DNA of 64,000 nucleotides. It comes from Macrostomum lignano. Taxonomy: Eukaryota. The position numbers and the translations under genes are program-made. A model generated the notes under the pieces. It was given only the letters and a program-made list of their open reading frames with translations, made no database searches and had not been told where the DNA came from. Below are positions 24,950 through 37,979 of the stretch, in pieces. Positions within the stretch are counted from its first letter, which is position 1. The number at the start of each line of letters is the position of its first letter. Location: NCBI GenBank assembly GCA_002269645.1, contig NIVC01000529.1, positions 15,497 through 79,496 on the forward strand, written 5' to 3'.

Positions 24950-27900
24950 CTAGATGAAAAACAATTAATAGATTGAGAATGTTAAAAATTATTTTAAGCT
25001 ACTAATAGTAGTGCTAGGTCAACAAAGTTTTTTAGTTTGTGTAATTAGCCTTTAGAAAAAAATAAAATGTTAATAAAGCTTTCCAGAATCAAAACCGGGA
25101 GAAATTACCTGAGAGAGTGGCTTGGTAGAAGTCGACGATGTACTTCTATTAGCCGAAAGGGACACCTGGACGGCCGGTGTACTTTTAGCAGCCGGCGCCG
25201 ACGGAGGCGATTTGGCCATAGTTGAAATGTTGCTAAGATTGGCAGAGTTAGTGGTTGCAGCGGCAGCGGCGGCCCTTTTACCAAATCGGACTCGGTCCTT
25301 CGGTATGAGGCCCTGCTGAATTGCGGCTGGATTCTTGGGTGGGCTGAACTGCACACCGGCTGGCAGGCTGGCGAATTCCGCTGCCACTGTGGCCTCCCGG
25401 TTAGCCGGCAGTAGGAACAGGCGCTTAGGCAGTTGAGGCTCGATAGGATAGTTTGAGATGGAGAAATTTGTACTTTTAGTCACTATGAGGCCGAGCGCCA
25501 GGTCGCAGACTGCGTGCAACTTTTTATTAGCCAATTCGTCGTCTGGGCGTTGGGCGTCGCGAGCGAGTCGCATGGTCTCCAGCATTCGGCGTAGGAAGCC
25601 GAAGTTCTCACCTTTGGCAATCAGCGGCTCCAGGAGGAAGCGGAGGCCGCTCTTTAGTCTGCGGGATTGGTGGCAGCAGATTGGGGGCATTAATAAGGGC
25701 GAGGTAGGGGTGAGATATATAATAAAACGGTGAGAGAGGGAAGACAGGGGTGAGATATATACGAAAACAATGAGATAGAGGGGAGAAAGGGGTGAGATAT
25801 ATAAGAAAACGGTGAGATAGAGGGAAGACAGGGGTGAGATAGAGGGGAGACAGGGGTGAGATATATAAGAAAACGGTGAGATAGAGGGGAGACAGGGGTG
25901 AGATAGAGGGGAGACAGGGGTGAGATAGAGGGAAGACAGGGGTGAGATAGAGGGGAGACAGGGGTGAGATAGAGGGAAGACAGGGGTGAGATAGAGGGGA
26001 GACAGGGGTGAGATAGAGGGGAGACAGGGGTGAGATAGAGAGGAGACAGGGTGAGATAGAGGGGAGACAGGGGTGAGATAGAGGGGAGACAGGGGTGAGA
26101 TAGAGGGGAGACAGGGGTGAGATAGAGGGGAGACAGGGGTGAGATAGAGGGGAGACAGGGGTGAGATAGAGGAGAGACAGGGGTGAGATAGAGGGGAGAC
26201 AGGGGTAAGATAGAGGGGCGAAAAGGGGTAAGACAGCATAGAAAAGATGGCTTATAGGTTAGTGAAACTCACCTAGCCAATTGTTTGGCATCCTTTGGCG
26301 ACTCGAACTCGGGATCATTGGCCAGCAGGTGCACGGCATAAGGCAGAGTGTAGTCTGGCAGCACGGCAAAGAATGTAACCCGATCGTTGGCAATGACGGA
26401 CTGCTTGCTGGCCAGGTACTCCCTGCGGGCGGCCACGCAGCGGCTGTAGTAGGTGCGCGCAGTCTGCAGCAGCTCCTTGTCCTCGGCGGCCTCGGGCACG
26501 TAGGCGAACATCGCCATGAACTGCAGGGGCAGCTTGAACTTCACCAGGCCTCGGTGCAGCTTGCCTGGGAATGAGATGGGATCAGAGTCATCCAGCATTG
26601 AAGCAGCTCCCACTATAATAAAAGCAGAAGACTCACCCAGCATTGAAGCCGCAATAAAAGCAGAAGACTCATACAGCATTGAAGCCACAAAAAAGCAGAA
26701 GACTTACCCAGCATTGAAGCCAATTCCTAACCAACAATAAAAGCAGAAGAGTCACCCAGCATTGAAGCCACAAAAAAGCAGAAGACTCACCCAGCATTGA
26801 AGCCACAAAAAAGCAGAAGACTCACCCAGCATTGAAGCCACAAAAAACCAGAAGACTCATCCAGCATTGAAGCCACAAAAAAGCAGAAGACTCACCCAGC
26901 ATTGAAGCCACAATAAAAGCAGAAGACTCACCCAGCATTGAAGCCACAATAAAAGCAGAAGACTCACCCAGAATTGAAGCCACAATAAAAGCAGAAGACT
27001 CACCCAGCATTGAAGCCACAATAAAAGCAGAAGACTCACCCAGCATTTAAGCTACAATAAAAGCAGAAGACTCACCCAGCATTGAAGCTACTCCCCACCC
27101 AACAACAAAAGCAGAAGACTCACCCAGCACAGCATGCCGCACCTCCTTGCACGGGTCGCAGACGGTCAAGGCCAGAGTTTGGAATCGCTCGCAGTCCAAG
27201 AGCGGCACCAAAGCTTGGCGTTTGCAAACGCGCAGCAGCGCTTTGGCCGCGCAGACTCGCATCTGCGCCATCTCGCCAGCTTCCAACTTGGCGCCTTTGC
27301 CCGAAGAAGAAGAAGACGGATTGCCGTCGTACAGAATGATCTGGTGGAACAGGTCCACAATGGATTGGGCCGTATCGGAGGTGCAGTCGGCGGCAGCGGA
27401 CGATGAGGCAGCGGAAGCTGAGGCCAGCCCGATCAGGTAGTGACAGAGGCAGCGTATGCTGGCCAATTTCACCTGGGCAAGATGCGACAAAGACTCAGTA
27501 GGGCTCCAACGGCTCAAGTCTCTGGCTGAACTGGCAGCTGTCGATTTGCTGCGACTACCAGCAGCTGCGGCGCCTCCAGCGGATGATGAAGGAGCTTGCC
27601 GGACGAATTCGGGCAACCGCTTGGCGACAAGATTGGCTACTTTGGATTGGTACTTGAGGGCGCTCTGTTTCAGAATCTGTGGGGATTCGTTGTTGAATGA
27701 GAGGACTATGAGACTGGGGTGACAATAGGGGTGAGACTGGATGATGAGATTAGGGTGAGATTGGATGATGAGATTAGGGGTGAGACTGGATGATGAGATT
27801 AGGGGTGAGACTGGATGATGAGACTAGGGGTGAGACTGGGGGCAACATCAGTGAGATTGGATGATGAGACTAGGGGTAAAACTAGGGGTGAGACTGGAGG

Positions 27901-30900
27901 TTAGGCTAGGGATGAGACTGGAGATGAGACTGGATGATGAGACTAGAGATGAGACTGGATGATGAGACTAGAGATGAGACTGGATGATGAGACTGGAGAT
28001 GAGACTGGATGATGAGACTAGAGATGAGACTGGATGATGAGACTAGAGGTGAGACTGGATGATGAGACTAGAGGTGAGACTGGATGATGAGACTAGAGCT
28101 GAGACTGGAGGTGAGACTGGATGATGAGACTAGATATTACGAGACTAGGATAGAACTGACCGGTGATACTAGAAGCGCCCTCCCCAGCAGACAATTAAAA
28201 AAGGCCAGAGTCAGACCTGTCCCAGAGCATCCAGCCTGGGCACGCAGAGTTCGCTGCCGGAGCTAATCTTGACGGCATCGGCCACCAGGCTGTCCAGCTC
28301 GCCGGCAATCTGCGGCGCCAGATCCGTTGCCTGCAGCGCTGTCAGACACTTGGCCGCCACTTTGGCAAGCGACGAGCACGACGCCGAAGTTTTGGCGACG
28401 TCGCAGATTCGACGAAGACGCGGCACGACAGCATCGATGGCTTCTTGTCGATCTTCGGTGAACAGCGGTGTCAAATTCAACAGCAGGCGAAGACAGACCT
28501 CGGCGGTGTCCATCTCCATGGACTCGTCGCCCAGGCATTCGACAACGTAGTCGAAGGTGTCGTCTAAATCGACAGTGTGCCTCAGATAGAAGCTGAGCAT
28601 GTTGAGCAGCAGCAGGCCCTTGTGCTGGGTGACTTCGCACGCTTCGCCGGGCAAAATGTTGGCCGGGTCTTCGCGGCCGCTGATTAGCAGGTTCACCAGG
28701 CTGGTGACGGATTCGCGGTCGAATAGCACCGGGCCAACTCGTTCTAGCAGAGTCTTCACCGTGATGCGATAGTTGATGGCGTTCTCCGTCTCTTTAGCCT
28801 GGGAGTGGTTTCAGAGCAAATAGAGTGCGTCTTCAATGCTGCACAGCAACGGGGATTCGCCTTGGATACAACCTTGGTGAACGGGGGATTCCCCTTGGAT
28901 ACAACCTTGGGAGACGGAGATTCCTCTTGGATAGGACCTTGGAAAACGGGGATTCCCCTTTGATAGGACCTTGAAAGACGGGGATTCCCCTTGGATACAA
29001 CCTTGGAAGACCGGATCCATCTTGGATAGGACCTTGAAAGACGGGGATTCCCCTTGGATAGGACCTTGAAAGATGGGGATTCCCCTTGGATACAACCTTG
29101 GAAGACCGGATCCATCTTGGATAGGACCTTGAAAGACGGGGATTCCCCTTGGATACAACCTTGGAAGACCGGATCCATCTTGGATAGGACCTTGAAAGAC
29201 GGGGATTCCCCTTGGATAGGACCTTGAAAGACGGGGATTCCCCTTGGATACAACCTTGGAAGACGGGATCCCTCTTGGATAGGACCTTGGAAAACGAGGG
29301 ATCCTCTTGGATAGGATAGAACCTTGGAAAAAGGATTCCCTTTGAAAACAATCAATAAAAACGGGAATTTTCTTTCGATATACCTTGAAAAACGGGGATT
29401 CCCTTTGGATACTACTTTGGAAGACAGGGATTCCTCTTGGATAAACCGTGGAAAAACGGAGATTCCCCTTGGCTGCGACTTTGGAAAACGGGGTTTCCAT
29501 TTTGATGCGACCTTCAAAGCTACAGATGAAAACTTGATCATGACGGGAAGTCCCCTTAAATATAAAACCAATGCGCACCTTCTTGCCAATATGAAGAGCC
29601 TGATCGTGGCTAGCCAGCAGGCTTCGCAGCAGTTCCGCAGCCTTGTCGCACGGACAATCCTTGGACAGAATTTTGGTTAACAGCTGGCGCATCGGCTTCT
29701 CGCGGTGTAGAAAATTGAAGAATTTGCGCAAATACTCGTTGGCCCGTTCGGCGTGTTGGAAATAAATAGACAGAGATCGAAGCTTAGCCATGATGACGGA
29801 CTCGGATTCTGGAGACAGTTTATCTGGCTCGGCCGAGATTATCTCTAGGATGGCGCTGGTCAGCTGGGTCACGTGATACTGCGTCTTCAGCATCTCCACT
29901 AGTGCCTGCATCGGAAATAATATTGAATATTCGTATTAGAGACAAAAGAATACTTCGCTTTTATTACTCATAGTAGTATCCAGCCAAAGCTTATATTTAG
30001 TTTATTATTAAGGAGCCTCATAGGGCAATTGAACACATTAAGAAATTAGGCCTGTTAGTTCAATTAGGCATCCAATGGAACCAATTGGGCATTCTATGGA
30101 CACAATTTCGGCACCACATAGACACATTTGGGCATCCTATAGACATTCAAGCGCACCATAGACACATTTGGGCATCCTATAGATATTCAGGCACACCATA
30201 GACACATTTGGGCACCCTATAGACATACATGTATTTTAAGGCACCCGATAGACATTTTTAGGCACCCTATAGACATATTTTTAGGCACTTTATAGACACA
30301 TTTGGGCACTCTATAGACACATTTAGGCACACCAGACACATTTGGACACCTTAGAAACACATTTTTAGGCACACTATAGACAAATTTTTAGGCACCCTAT
30401 AGACACATTTGGGCACCCTATAGACCCTATAGACACATAGTTAAGTCGTGGACCCATTTTAGCCCCATATAAAAGTTACTCCCCCACTACGGACCCCAAT
30501 AAGACCCACCGAAGTGATTATAAATCAAAAGCATAGCAATTTCTAAAACAACTCATCCAGACCTTAGTAGACGGATTGCTAAACGAGCAGAAGCAGCGCA
30601 GCAGGGCTCGCATCCGATCTTTTGAACCCAGACTGTAGGGCACCAATGAGGCCTTGAAGTGCCGTTCCACTGCTATGCGATCCCAGTTGCTCTCCTAGAA
30701 GGCAGGCGACATGTTTAAAAACGATAAATTATATTATTTTCGATACATATCGGCGACGTTTTTTATTTACTTATCTTAAAGCCTTTTTCTATTTTACAGT
30801 ACTCAAATCTCAACTTTTTAATCTCTATTCACTATAGTCATACACATTTTCTCGTAAATCTATCACAATAAATCCAATTACAAAAATTTCTTTTTTTGAT

Positions 30901-33900
30901 GCTTTAACTCCATCATAGGGATACAGAACTATTTCACTAATCCCAATAATCCCACTAAGTTCCCCGCCGAAGTCAAATTATCTCACCTCAGAAATCCCAC
31001 CATCTCCACGCCCCTTAATCCCATCTCCCTAATTCCCACACCCCTATTTCTATCTTCTTAATCCTATTCCTATCCTCCTAATACCATCTTCTTAATCGAA
31101 TATACCTAATGCCATCTCACGGATCCAATCTCCCTAATTGCATCTTGCAAATCTAATCCCCCTAATCACATCTCGCAAATCCCATCTTCCTAATCACATC
31201 TCGCAAATCCCATCTTCCAAATCACATCTCGCTAATCCATTTCCCTAATCACATCACGCAAATCCAATCTCCCTAATCACATCTCGCAAATCCCATCTTC
31301 CAAATCACATCTCGCTAATCCATTTCCCTAATCACATCTCGCTAATCCATTTCCCTAATCACATCTCGCAAATCCCATTTCCCTAATCACATCACGCAAA
31401 TCCAATCTCCCTAATCACATCTCACAAATCCCATCTTCCTAATCACATCTCGCAAATCCCATCTTCCTAATCACATCTCGCTATTCCATTTCCCTAATCA
31501 CATCTCGCAAATCACATCTCGCAAATCCCATCTCCCTAATCGCATCTCGCTAATCACATCTGGCTAATTCCATCTCCCTAATCACATCTCCTTAATCACA
31601 TCTCCTTAATCACATCTCACAAATCCCATCTTCCTAATCACATCTCGCAAATCCCATCTTCCTAATCACATCTCGCTAATCCATTTCCCTAATCACATCT
31701 CGCAAATCCCATCTCCCTAATCGCATCTCGCTAATCACATCTGGCTAATTCCATCTCCCTAATCACATCTCCTTAATCACATCTCCTTAATCACATCTCG
31801 AAAATCCCATCTCCATAATTCCCAAACCCCTATTCCTATCTTCCTAATCCAAAGCAATCTAATCTCTTACCTGGAAGTACATGTGCATGATAGCATTAAC
31901 GCACTGGGACAGCCTAGACCACACAGTTTTATTGCCAGACTTAATCAAATCAGCATTCATAATGTAGGTTTTATAGATGCTGGCGAGGCTGGTAAGGGCA
32001 GCCCGGCGCACGCCTTGGTCTTTGTCGCGGGACCGATCAATTAAAATCGATAAATAGTCCTCCGGCAGCGACTCCAGCTCCTGCTTGGCCAGTTCAACTA
32101 CTTGGCCAATCACGCAGTCCCTGATGTCCACGTGGGCGTCAATACTTCGACCGCGGAGCAGCGCAACCAGGGTGTCACGCAGGTCGGGATTCGTTCGCAG
32201 CAGCTGAGGGACGGAGGCCACGCAGATTCGCCTGACCTCCAAGCTGACGTCAACAAATCTACCGATGAAAGCTTTCCACAGATCCGGCTGAAGCTGCACC
32301 AGATTGCCGGTGGTCTCGCTGAATAGCTTCGCCATAAGTCGACAGGCCCGCTTCCGTTCGCGCTCGTGATTTGACAGCAGCTTCAGCTCAAGCATGGGCA
32401 GCACGGGACTCACGAACACGTGATCAATCTTGTGCAGCTCATAGATTAATGAGAATACTAATTCGTCTCTGATGCCAGACTGTTGAGATTTGAGCTGCGG
32501 CTGCTCATCGGAGTCCTCGGACGAAAGCACCAGCATATCCTGCAGCATCTGGTGAATCATCTGATCCAGGTGCTTCACAGTTTCCTGCACAATGATAAGT
32601 AAGGCTAGGTAAGTAGTAGATTGTAAAACAAGCTGGTTGGCAACCAACATTTACTTGCCAGGGGCATTAAAACTTGTTGGCAGGGAACCAAAACCGGTTC
32701 CTGTTGCCAGGGAGATTAAAATAGTTGTCAATACCACTAAAACCGGTTGCTAATGACACTAGAACCGGTTGCTAATGACACTAGAACCGGTTGCTAATGA
32801 CACTAGAACCCGTTGCTAATGACACTAGAACCGGTTGCTAATGACACTAGAACCCGTTGCTAATGACACTAGAACCGGTTGCTAATGACACTAGAGCCGG
32901 TTGCTAATGACACTAGAGCCGGTTGATAATGACACTAGAGCCGGTTGATAATGACACTAAAGCCGGTTGATAATGACACTAGAACCCGTTGCCAATGACA
33001 CTAGAGCCGGTTGCTAATGACACTAGAGCCGGTTGCTAATGACACTAGAGCCGGTTGCTAATGACACTAGAGCCGGTCGCTAAAGACACTAGAACAGGTT
33101 GCTAATGAGACTAGAACAGGTTGCTAATGAGACTAGAACAGGTTGCTAATGAGACTAGAACAGGTTGCTAATGAGACTAGAACAGGTTGCTAATGAGACT
33201 AGAACAGGTTGCTAATGACACTATAACCGGTTGCTAATGACACTAGAACAGGTTGCTAATGACACTAGAAACGGTTGATAATGACACCAGAACCAGTTGC
33301 TAATGACACTAGAACCGGTCGCTAATGACACCAGAACAGGTTGCTAATGACACTACAACCGGTCGCTAATGACACTAGAGCCGGTTAATAATGACACTAG
33401 AACCGGTTGCTAATGACAGTAGAGCCGGTTGCTAATGACACTACAACCGGTCGCTAATGACACTAGAACAGGTCGCTAATGACACTAGAGCCGGTTGCTA
33501 ATGACACTAGAGCCGGTTGATAATGACACTAGAGCCGGTTGATAATGACACTAGAGCCGGTTGATAATGACACTAGAACCCGTTGCTAATGACAGTAGAG
33601 CCGGTTGCTAATGACACTACAACCGGTCGCTAATGACACTAGAACAGGTCGCTAATGACACTAGAGCCGGTTGCTAATGACAGTAGAGCCGGTTGCTAAT
33701 GACACTACAACCGGTCGCTAATGACACTAGAACAGGTCGCTAATGACACCAGAACCGGTTGCTAATGACAGTAGAGCCGGTTGCTAATGACACTACAACC
33801 GGTCGCTAATGACACTAGAACAGGTTGCTAATGACACTAGAACCGGTCGCTAATGACACTTGAACCGGTCGCTAATGACACTAGAACAGGTCGCTAATGA

Positions 33901-36900
33901 CACTAGAACCGGTCGCTAATGACACTAGAACAGGTCGCTAATGACACTAGAACCGGTCGCTAATGACACTAGAACAGGTCGCTAATGACACTAGAACCGG
34001 TCGCTAATGACACTTGAGCCGGTCGCTAATGACACTAGAACCGGTCGCTAATGACACTAGAACCGGTCGCTAATGACACTAGAACAGGTTGCTAATGACA
34101 CTTGAACCGGTTGCTAATGACACTAGAGCCGGTTTCCAGGGACTAGAAAACCTACAGAATTGCTTGCTTAGAACCTCCAAGCTAAATTACCAGTAGAGAT
34201 TAGAAATTTTACCCGCAAAAACCGCGAAGCCAGCTGATAGCAGCGGGGCTCCTGCATCTTCTTCGGTTGAATAATGAACTCGAGCACGTATTTGACGGTG
34301 TCAGAGCCTAACAATTCCATCTCCTCGTCAACAACTTTAACAGCGGCATCTAACAGATAGCGAACGCAATCGTCTGGCGTGTCCTCCCAACTCCAGATGT
34401 CCACAGTGCGCACGATGGTGAACAGGAATCGGAAGAACTCAAAGCAGGCCCGCTTGCCATCCGGATTGGTGTGGCACACGGAGATGAAATCGGTTTGTAT
34501 CAGGCTCTGACAGAAGTAGGACAGGTTCTGGTAGGCCACGTCCTCTTTCGATTGGATCTGCGGTGCGGCGATCAGGAGGAGAGGTGTCAGAAAGAGGATC
34601 TAAGTTTGTCAGATTAGGACAGTAAGACAGTGGGGTGTCAGATAAGACAGTGGGGCGTCAGATAAGACAGTGGGGTGTCAGATAAGACAGTGGGGCGTCA
34701 GATAAGACAGTGGGGCGTCAGATAAGACAGTGAGATGTCAGATAAAACAGTGGGATGTAGGTGAGACAGTGGGGTGTCAGATAAGACAGTGAGGTGTCAG
34801 ATAAAACAGTGGGATGTAGGTGAGACAGTGGGGTGTCAGATAAGACAGTGAGGTGTCAGATAAAACAGTGGGATGTAGGTGAGACAGTGGGGTGTCAGAT
34901 AAGACAGTGAGGTGTCAGATAAAACAGTGGGATGTAGGTGAGACAGTGGGGTGTCAGATAAGACAGTGAGATGTCAGATAAAACAGTGGGATGTAGGTGA
35001 GACAGTGGGGTGTCAGATAAGACAGTGAGATGTCAGGAAAGACATTGGGATGTCAGCAAAGACAATGTGGTGTCAGGAAAGACAGTTGGATGTCAAATAA
35101 GACAGTGGGATGTCAGATAAGACAGTGGAATTTCAGGTAAGAAAGTGATATGTCAGGTAAGACAGTGGGATGTCAGGAGAGACAGTGGGATGTCAGATAA
35201 GACAGTGGGATGTCAGGTATGACAGTGCGATGTCAGATAAGACAGTGGGATGTCAGGTATGACAGTGGGATGTCAGGTATGACAGTGCGATGTCAGATAA
35301 GACAGTGGGATGTCAGATAAGACAGTGCGATGTCAGATAAGACAGTGGGATGTCAGGTATGACAGTGCGATGTCAGATAAGACAGTGGGATGTCAGGTAT
35401 GACAGTGCGATGTCAGATAAGACAGTGGGATGTCAGATAAGACAGTGGGATGTCAGGTATGACAGTGCGATGTCAGATAAGACAGTGGGATGTCAGATAA
35501 GACAGTGGGATGTCAGGTATGACAGTGCGATGTCAGATAAGACAGTGCGATGTCAGATAAGACAGTGGGATGTCAGGTATGACAGTGCGATGTCAGATAA
35601 GACAGTGGGATGTCAGGTATGACAGTGCGATGTCAGATAAGACAGTGGGATGTCAGGTATGACAGTGCGATGTCAGATAAGACAGTGGGATGTCAGATAA
35701 GACAGTGGGATGTCATGTATGACAGTGCGATGTCAGATAAGACAGTGGGATGTCAGGTATGACAGTGCGATGTCAGATAAGACAGTGGGATGTCAGGTAT
35801 GACAGTGCGATGTCAGATAAGACAGTGGGATGTCAGGTATGACAGTGCGATGTCAGATAAGACAGTGGGATGTCAGGTATGACAGTGCGATGTCAGATAA
35901 GACAGTGGGATGTCAGATAAGACAGTGGGATGTCATGTATGACAGTGCGATGTCAGATAAGACAGTGGGATGTCAGGTATGACAGTGCGATGTCAGATAA
36001 GACAGTGGGATGTCAGGTATGACAGTGCGATGTCAGATAAGACAGTGGGATGTCAGGTATGACAGTGCGATGTCAGATAAGACAGTGGGATGTCAGGTAT
36101 GACAGTGCGATGTCAGATAAGACAGTGGGATGTCAGGTATGACAGTGCGATGTCAGATAAGACAGTGGGATGTCAGATAAGACAGTGGGATGTCAGGTAT
36201 GACAGTGCGATGTCAGATAAGACAGTGGGATGTCAGATAAGACAGTGGGATGTCAGGTATGACAGTGCGATGTCAGATAAGACAGTGGGATGTCAGGTAT
36301 GACAGTGCGATGTCAGATAAGACAGTGGGATGTCAGATAAGACAGTGGGATGTCAAGTATGACAGTGCGATGTCAGATAAGACAGTGGGATGTCAAATAA
36401 GACAGTGGGATGTCAGAAAAGATAGTGGGGCATCAGGAAAGACAGTGGGGCGTCAGGAAAGACAGTGGGGCATCAGGAAAGACAGTGGGGCGTCAGGAAA
36501 GACAGTGGGGCATCAGGAAAGACAGTGGGGCGTCAGGAAAGACAGTGGGATGTCGGGAAAGATAGCAGAGCGTCAGAGTCTCCCCGTCCCCATCATCAGT
36601 GAGTTGCTTCACCTGCTGCATGCGGCAGGCGGTCTTGAAGAGAAAGACGACCACAGTAACAATGAGTTGGTCCTCGTCGCACAAGCTGACAAACGGGTTG
36701 CTGGGGCAGTAGATTTTGAACAGTTCAATTAAACAGCAGCCAACCAGCAAGCGGATATCTTTATCCGGGTGGTTAAGAAAATGGCTGGCAGCCAGGTGCA
36801 AGCTCAGGCCCTGGAAGTCGTTGTTATTATTGCCTTGTTTGTCTAAACTCACTAGCATAGTGAGGGCGCCCCAAAGCTCTTTGAGACGCTTTTTAAGTTC

Positions 36901-36966
36901 ATCCGGTTTGAGACTCTCGTGAATCTCTTTGCATCCGGATGGATAGAGAATCGAGCAGCTAGACAT
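24269..36966 (-). CDS. PDS5: PDS5 sister chromatid cohesion protein, 10 exons, ~1509 aa (gene span)
   Basis: Exons 36966-36613, 34557-34213, 32584-31871, 30694-30563, 29905-29579, 28798-28217, 27676-27124, 26564-26273, 25658-25109, 24949-24269; all GT-AG with consistent phases. N-terminus YPSGCKEI...LHLAASHFLNHPDKDIRLLVGCCL, HEAT-repeat body (RDKDQGVRR, LLERVGPV, KLHRGLVKFKLPLQFMA, LPDYTLPYAVHLLANDP) and basic S/T/K tail are typical of PDS5. Confidence 0.95.
25109..25658 (-). CDS. PDS5: PDS5 exon 9
   Basis: cccgcag|LKSGLRFLLEPL...KPLSQ|gtaatt. Confidence 0.88.
25700..26225. repeat. 22-bp purine-rich array (PDS5 intron 8)
   Basis: gtgagatagaggggagacaggg. Confidence 0.9.
26273..26564 (-). CDS. 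PDS5: PDS5 exon 8
   Basis: ttcccag|(G)KLHRGLVKFKLPLQFMAM...KQLA R|gtgagt. Confidence 0.9.
26590..27125. repeat. 35-36-bp array containing the 5' splice site (PDS5 intron 7)
   Basis: agcattgaagccacaataaaagcagaagactcaccc. Confidence 0.92.
27124..27676 (-). CDS. PDS5: PDS5 exon 7
   Basis: cccacag|ILKQSALK...EVRHAVL G|gtgagt; phase 1 out. Confidence 0.88.
27715..28135. repeat. ~25-bp array (PDS5 intron 6)
   Basis: ggatgatgagactagaggtgagact. Confidence 0.88.
28217..28798 (-). CDS. PDS5: PDS5 exon 6
   Basis: ctcccag|AKETENAINYRITVKTLLERVGP...DALGQ|gtctga; 194 codons. Confidence 0.88.
28850..29470. repeat. 31/32-bp array (PDS5 intron 5)
   Basis: ggattccccttggataggaccttgaaagacgg. Confidence 0.88.
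29579..29905 (-). CDS. PDS5: PDS5 exon 5
   Basis: atgcag|ALVEMLKTQ...IGKK|gtgcgc; 109 codons. Confidence 0.88.
30090..30435. repeat. ~21-bp array (PDS5 intron 4)
   Basis: gggcaccctatagacacattt. Confidence 0.85.
30563..30694 (-). CDS. PDS5: PDS5 exon 4
   Basis: ttctag|ESNWDRIAVERHFKASLVPYSL...STK|gtctgg; 44 codons, absent from ORF track. Confidence 0.88.
30970..31850. repeat. ~28-bp array (PDS5 intron 3)
   Basis: cccatcttcctaatcacatctcgcaaat. Confidence 0.88.
31871..32584 (-). CDS. PDS5: PDS5 exon 3
   Basis: gtgcag|ETVKHLD...MHMYFQ|gtaaga; 238 codons. Confidence 0.93.
32745..34130. repeat. 22-bp array (PDS5 intron 2)
   Basis: atgacactagaaccggttgcta. Confidence 0.93.
34213..34557 (-). CDS. 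PDS5: PDS5 exon 2
   Basis: ccgcag|IQSKEDVAYQNLSYF...RFLR|gtaaaa; 115 codons. Confidence 0.9.
34620..36550. repeat. 20-bp array with 40/60-bp higher order (PDS5 intron 1)
   Basis: gacagtgggatgtcagataa / gacagtgcgatgtcaggtat. Confidence 0.93.
36613..36966 (-). CDS. PDS5: PDS5 exon 1
   Basis: ATG 36966 (MSSCSILYPSG); donor CAG|gtgaag; 118 codons. Confidence 0.9.
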
Positions 36967-37979
36967 GGCTGTATTGGATGGGTTGATTAGGACTGCCAGA
37001 TAGATACAGCAGTCTGAAAAATACAATTGTTAAAAAACACATATAGATATCAATATTGCTTTGTACTTTATATTGATTTTTGAATTAATAAAATCTTTAG
37101 GAGCCAAAAATTGCAGTGCCATCTACGAGCTAGATGCAAGTTCATTAGAAAACCATTGAAAATAAAATAAAATATCAAACATCCCATACTTTCATAGCAC
37201 AGTCTTTTGACCCTCAGAAGTTGCATAACGGTGGTAAAAGTAGCATTTACCACTATCAAAGGCTAGATTGAAAAAGAAGGCATCTCAAAAACCAACTGAT
37301 GAGTAGGTCACCTTTCTCACAGAAGATCTCAATAAGAATTGGAGATTTTATTACTTTAGAGATTAGTTACTTTTACTTAGACAATACAGGAAAATTATTT
37401 GAGGGGATAGAAGGGAGAGATGAGAAAAGGGGAACAAAAGAAAGGGGAAAGAGGAGAAAAGGAGGCAGAGAAAAGAAGAGAGGGGAAGGGGAGAGAAAAG
37501 AGATAAAAGTCAAAAAAGCCAATCAAGTTGATATATTGAGCACCAAATGCATTCTACAAAATACTACTACATTCCTGAACCTATAGTAGCCAGAAGGTTT
37601 CAATGCCTGATGCTGATGGCATAATGCAACCATCACAAGAAAGTTATAGGAAATTACAAAAAGTTTGTTTACTAGATTATGGCTATGGATATAGATATAG
37701 GGAAAATTGGTTATGGCAAAACTCTAGCAAATCTTCAATATACAAAAAGTGTATAGCCTATGCCTAAAAATTAGAAAGTCAGGACCACTAAGTCTATTAT
37801 TACTCAGTAACATATATTTTGATGTCCTAAATTATGCTTAGCTAGTGTTAATGCCGTGACACTTATAATAGGTTAGCTTCTATGTTGCTGCTAGTCCATA
37901 GTGGAAAGTGGCACAGGTGCACTGGAATTAATTTTAGGGGGGCAATTTGTGCACTTGCCACCTATGTGCCAGCCCCGTT

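Noticed and set aside
34620-36400. Dozens of AGATAAG (GATA) motifs in the PDS5 intron 1 array; similar motifs in the 61375 and 63170 arrays; GC boxes in the 14035 array
   Set aside because: Short motifs in repeat units arise readily by chance, and there is no locus-specific rationale comparable to the CSL case.
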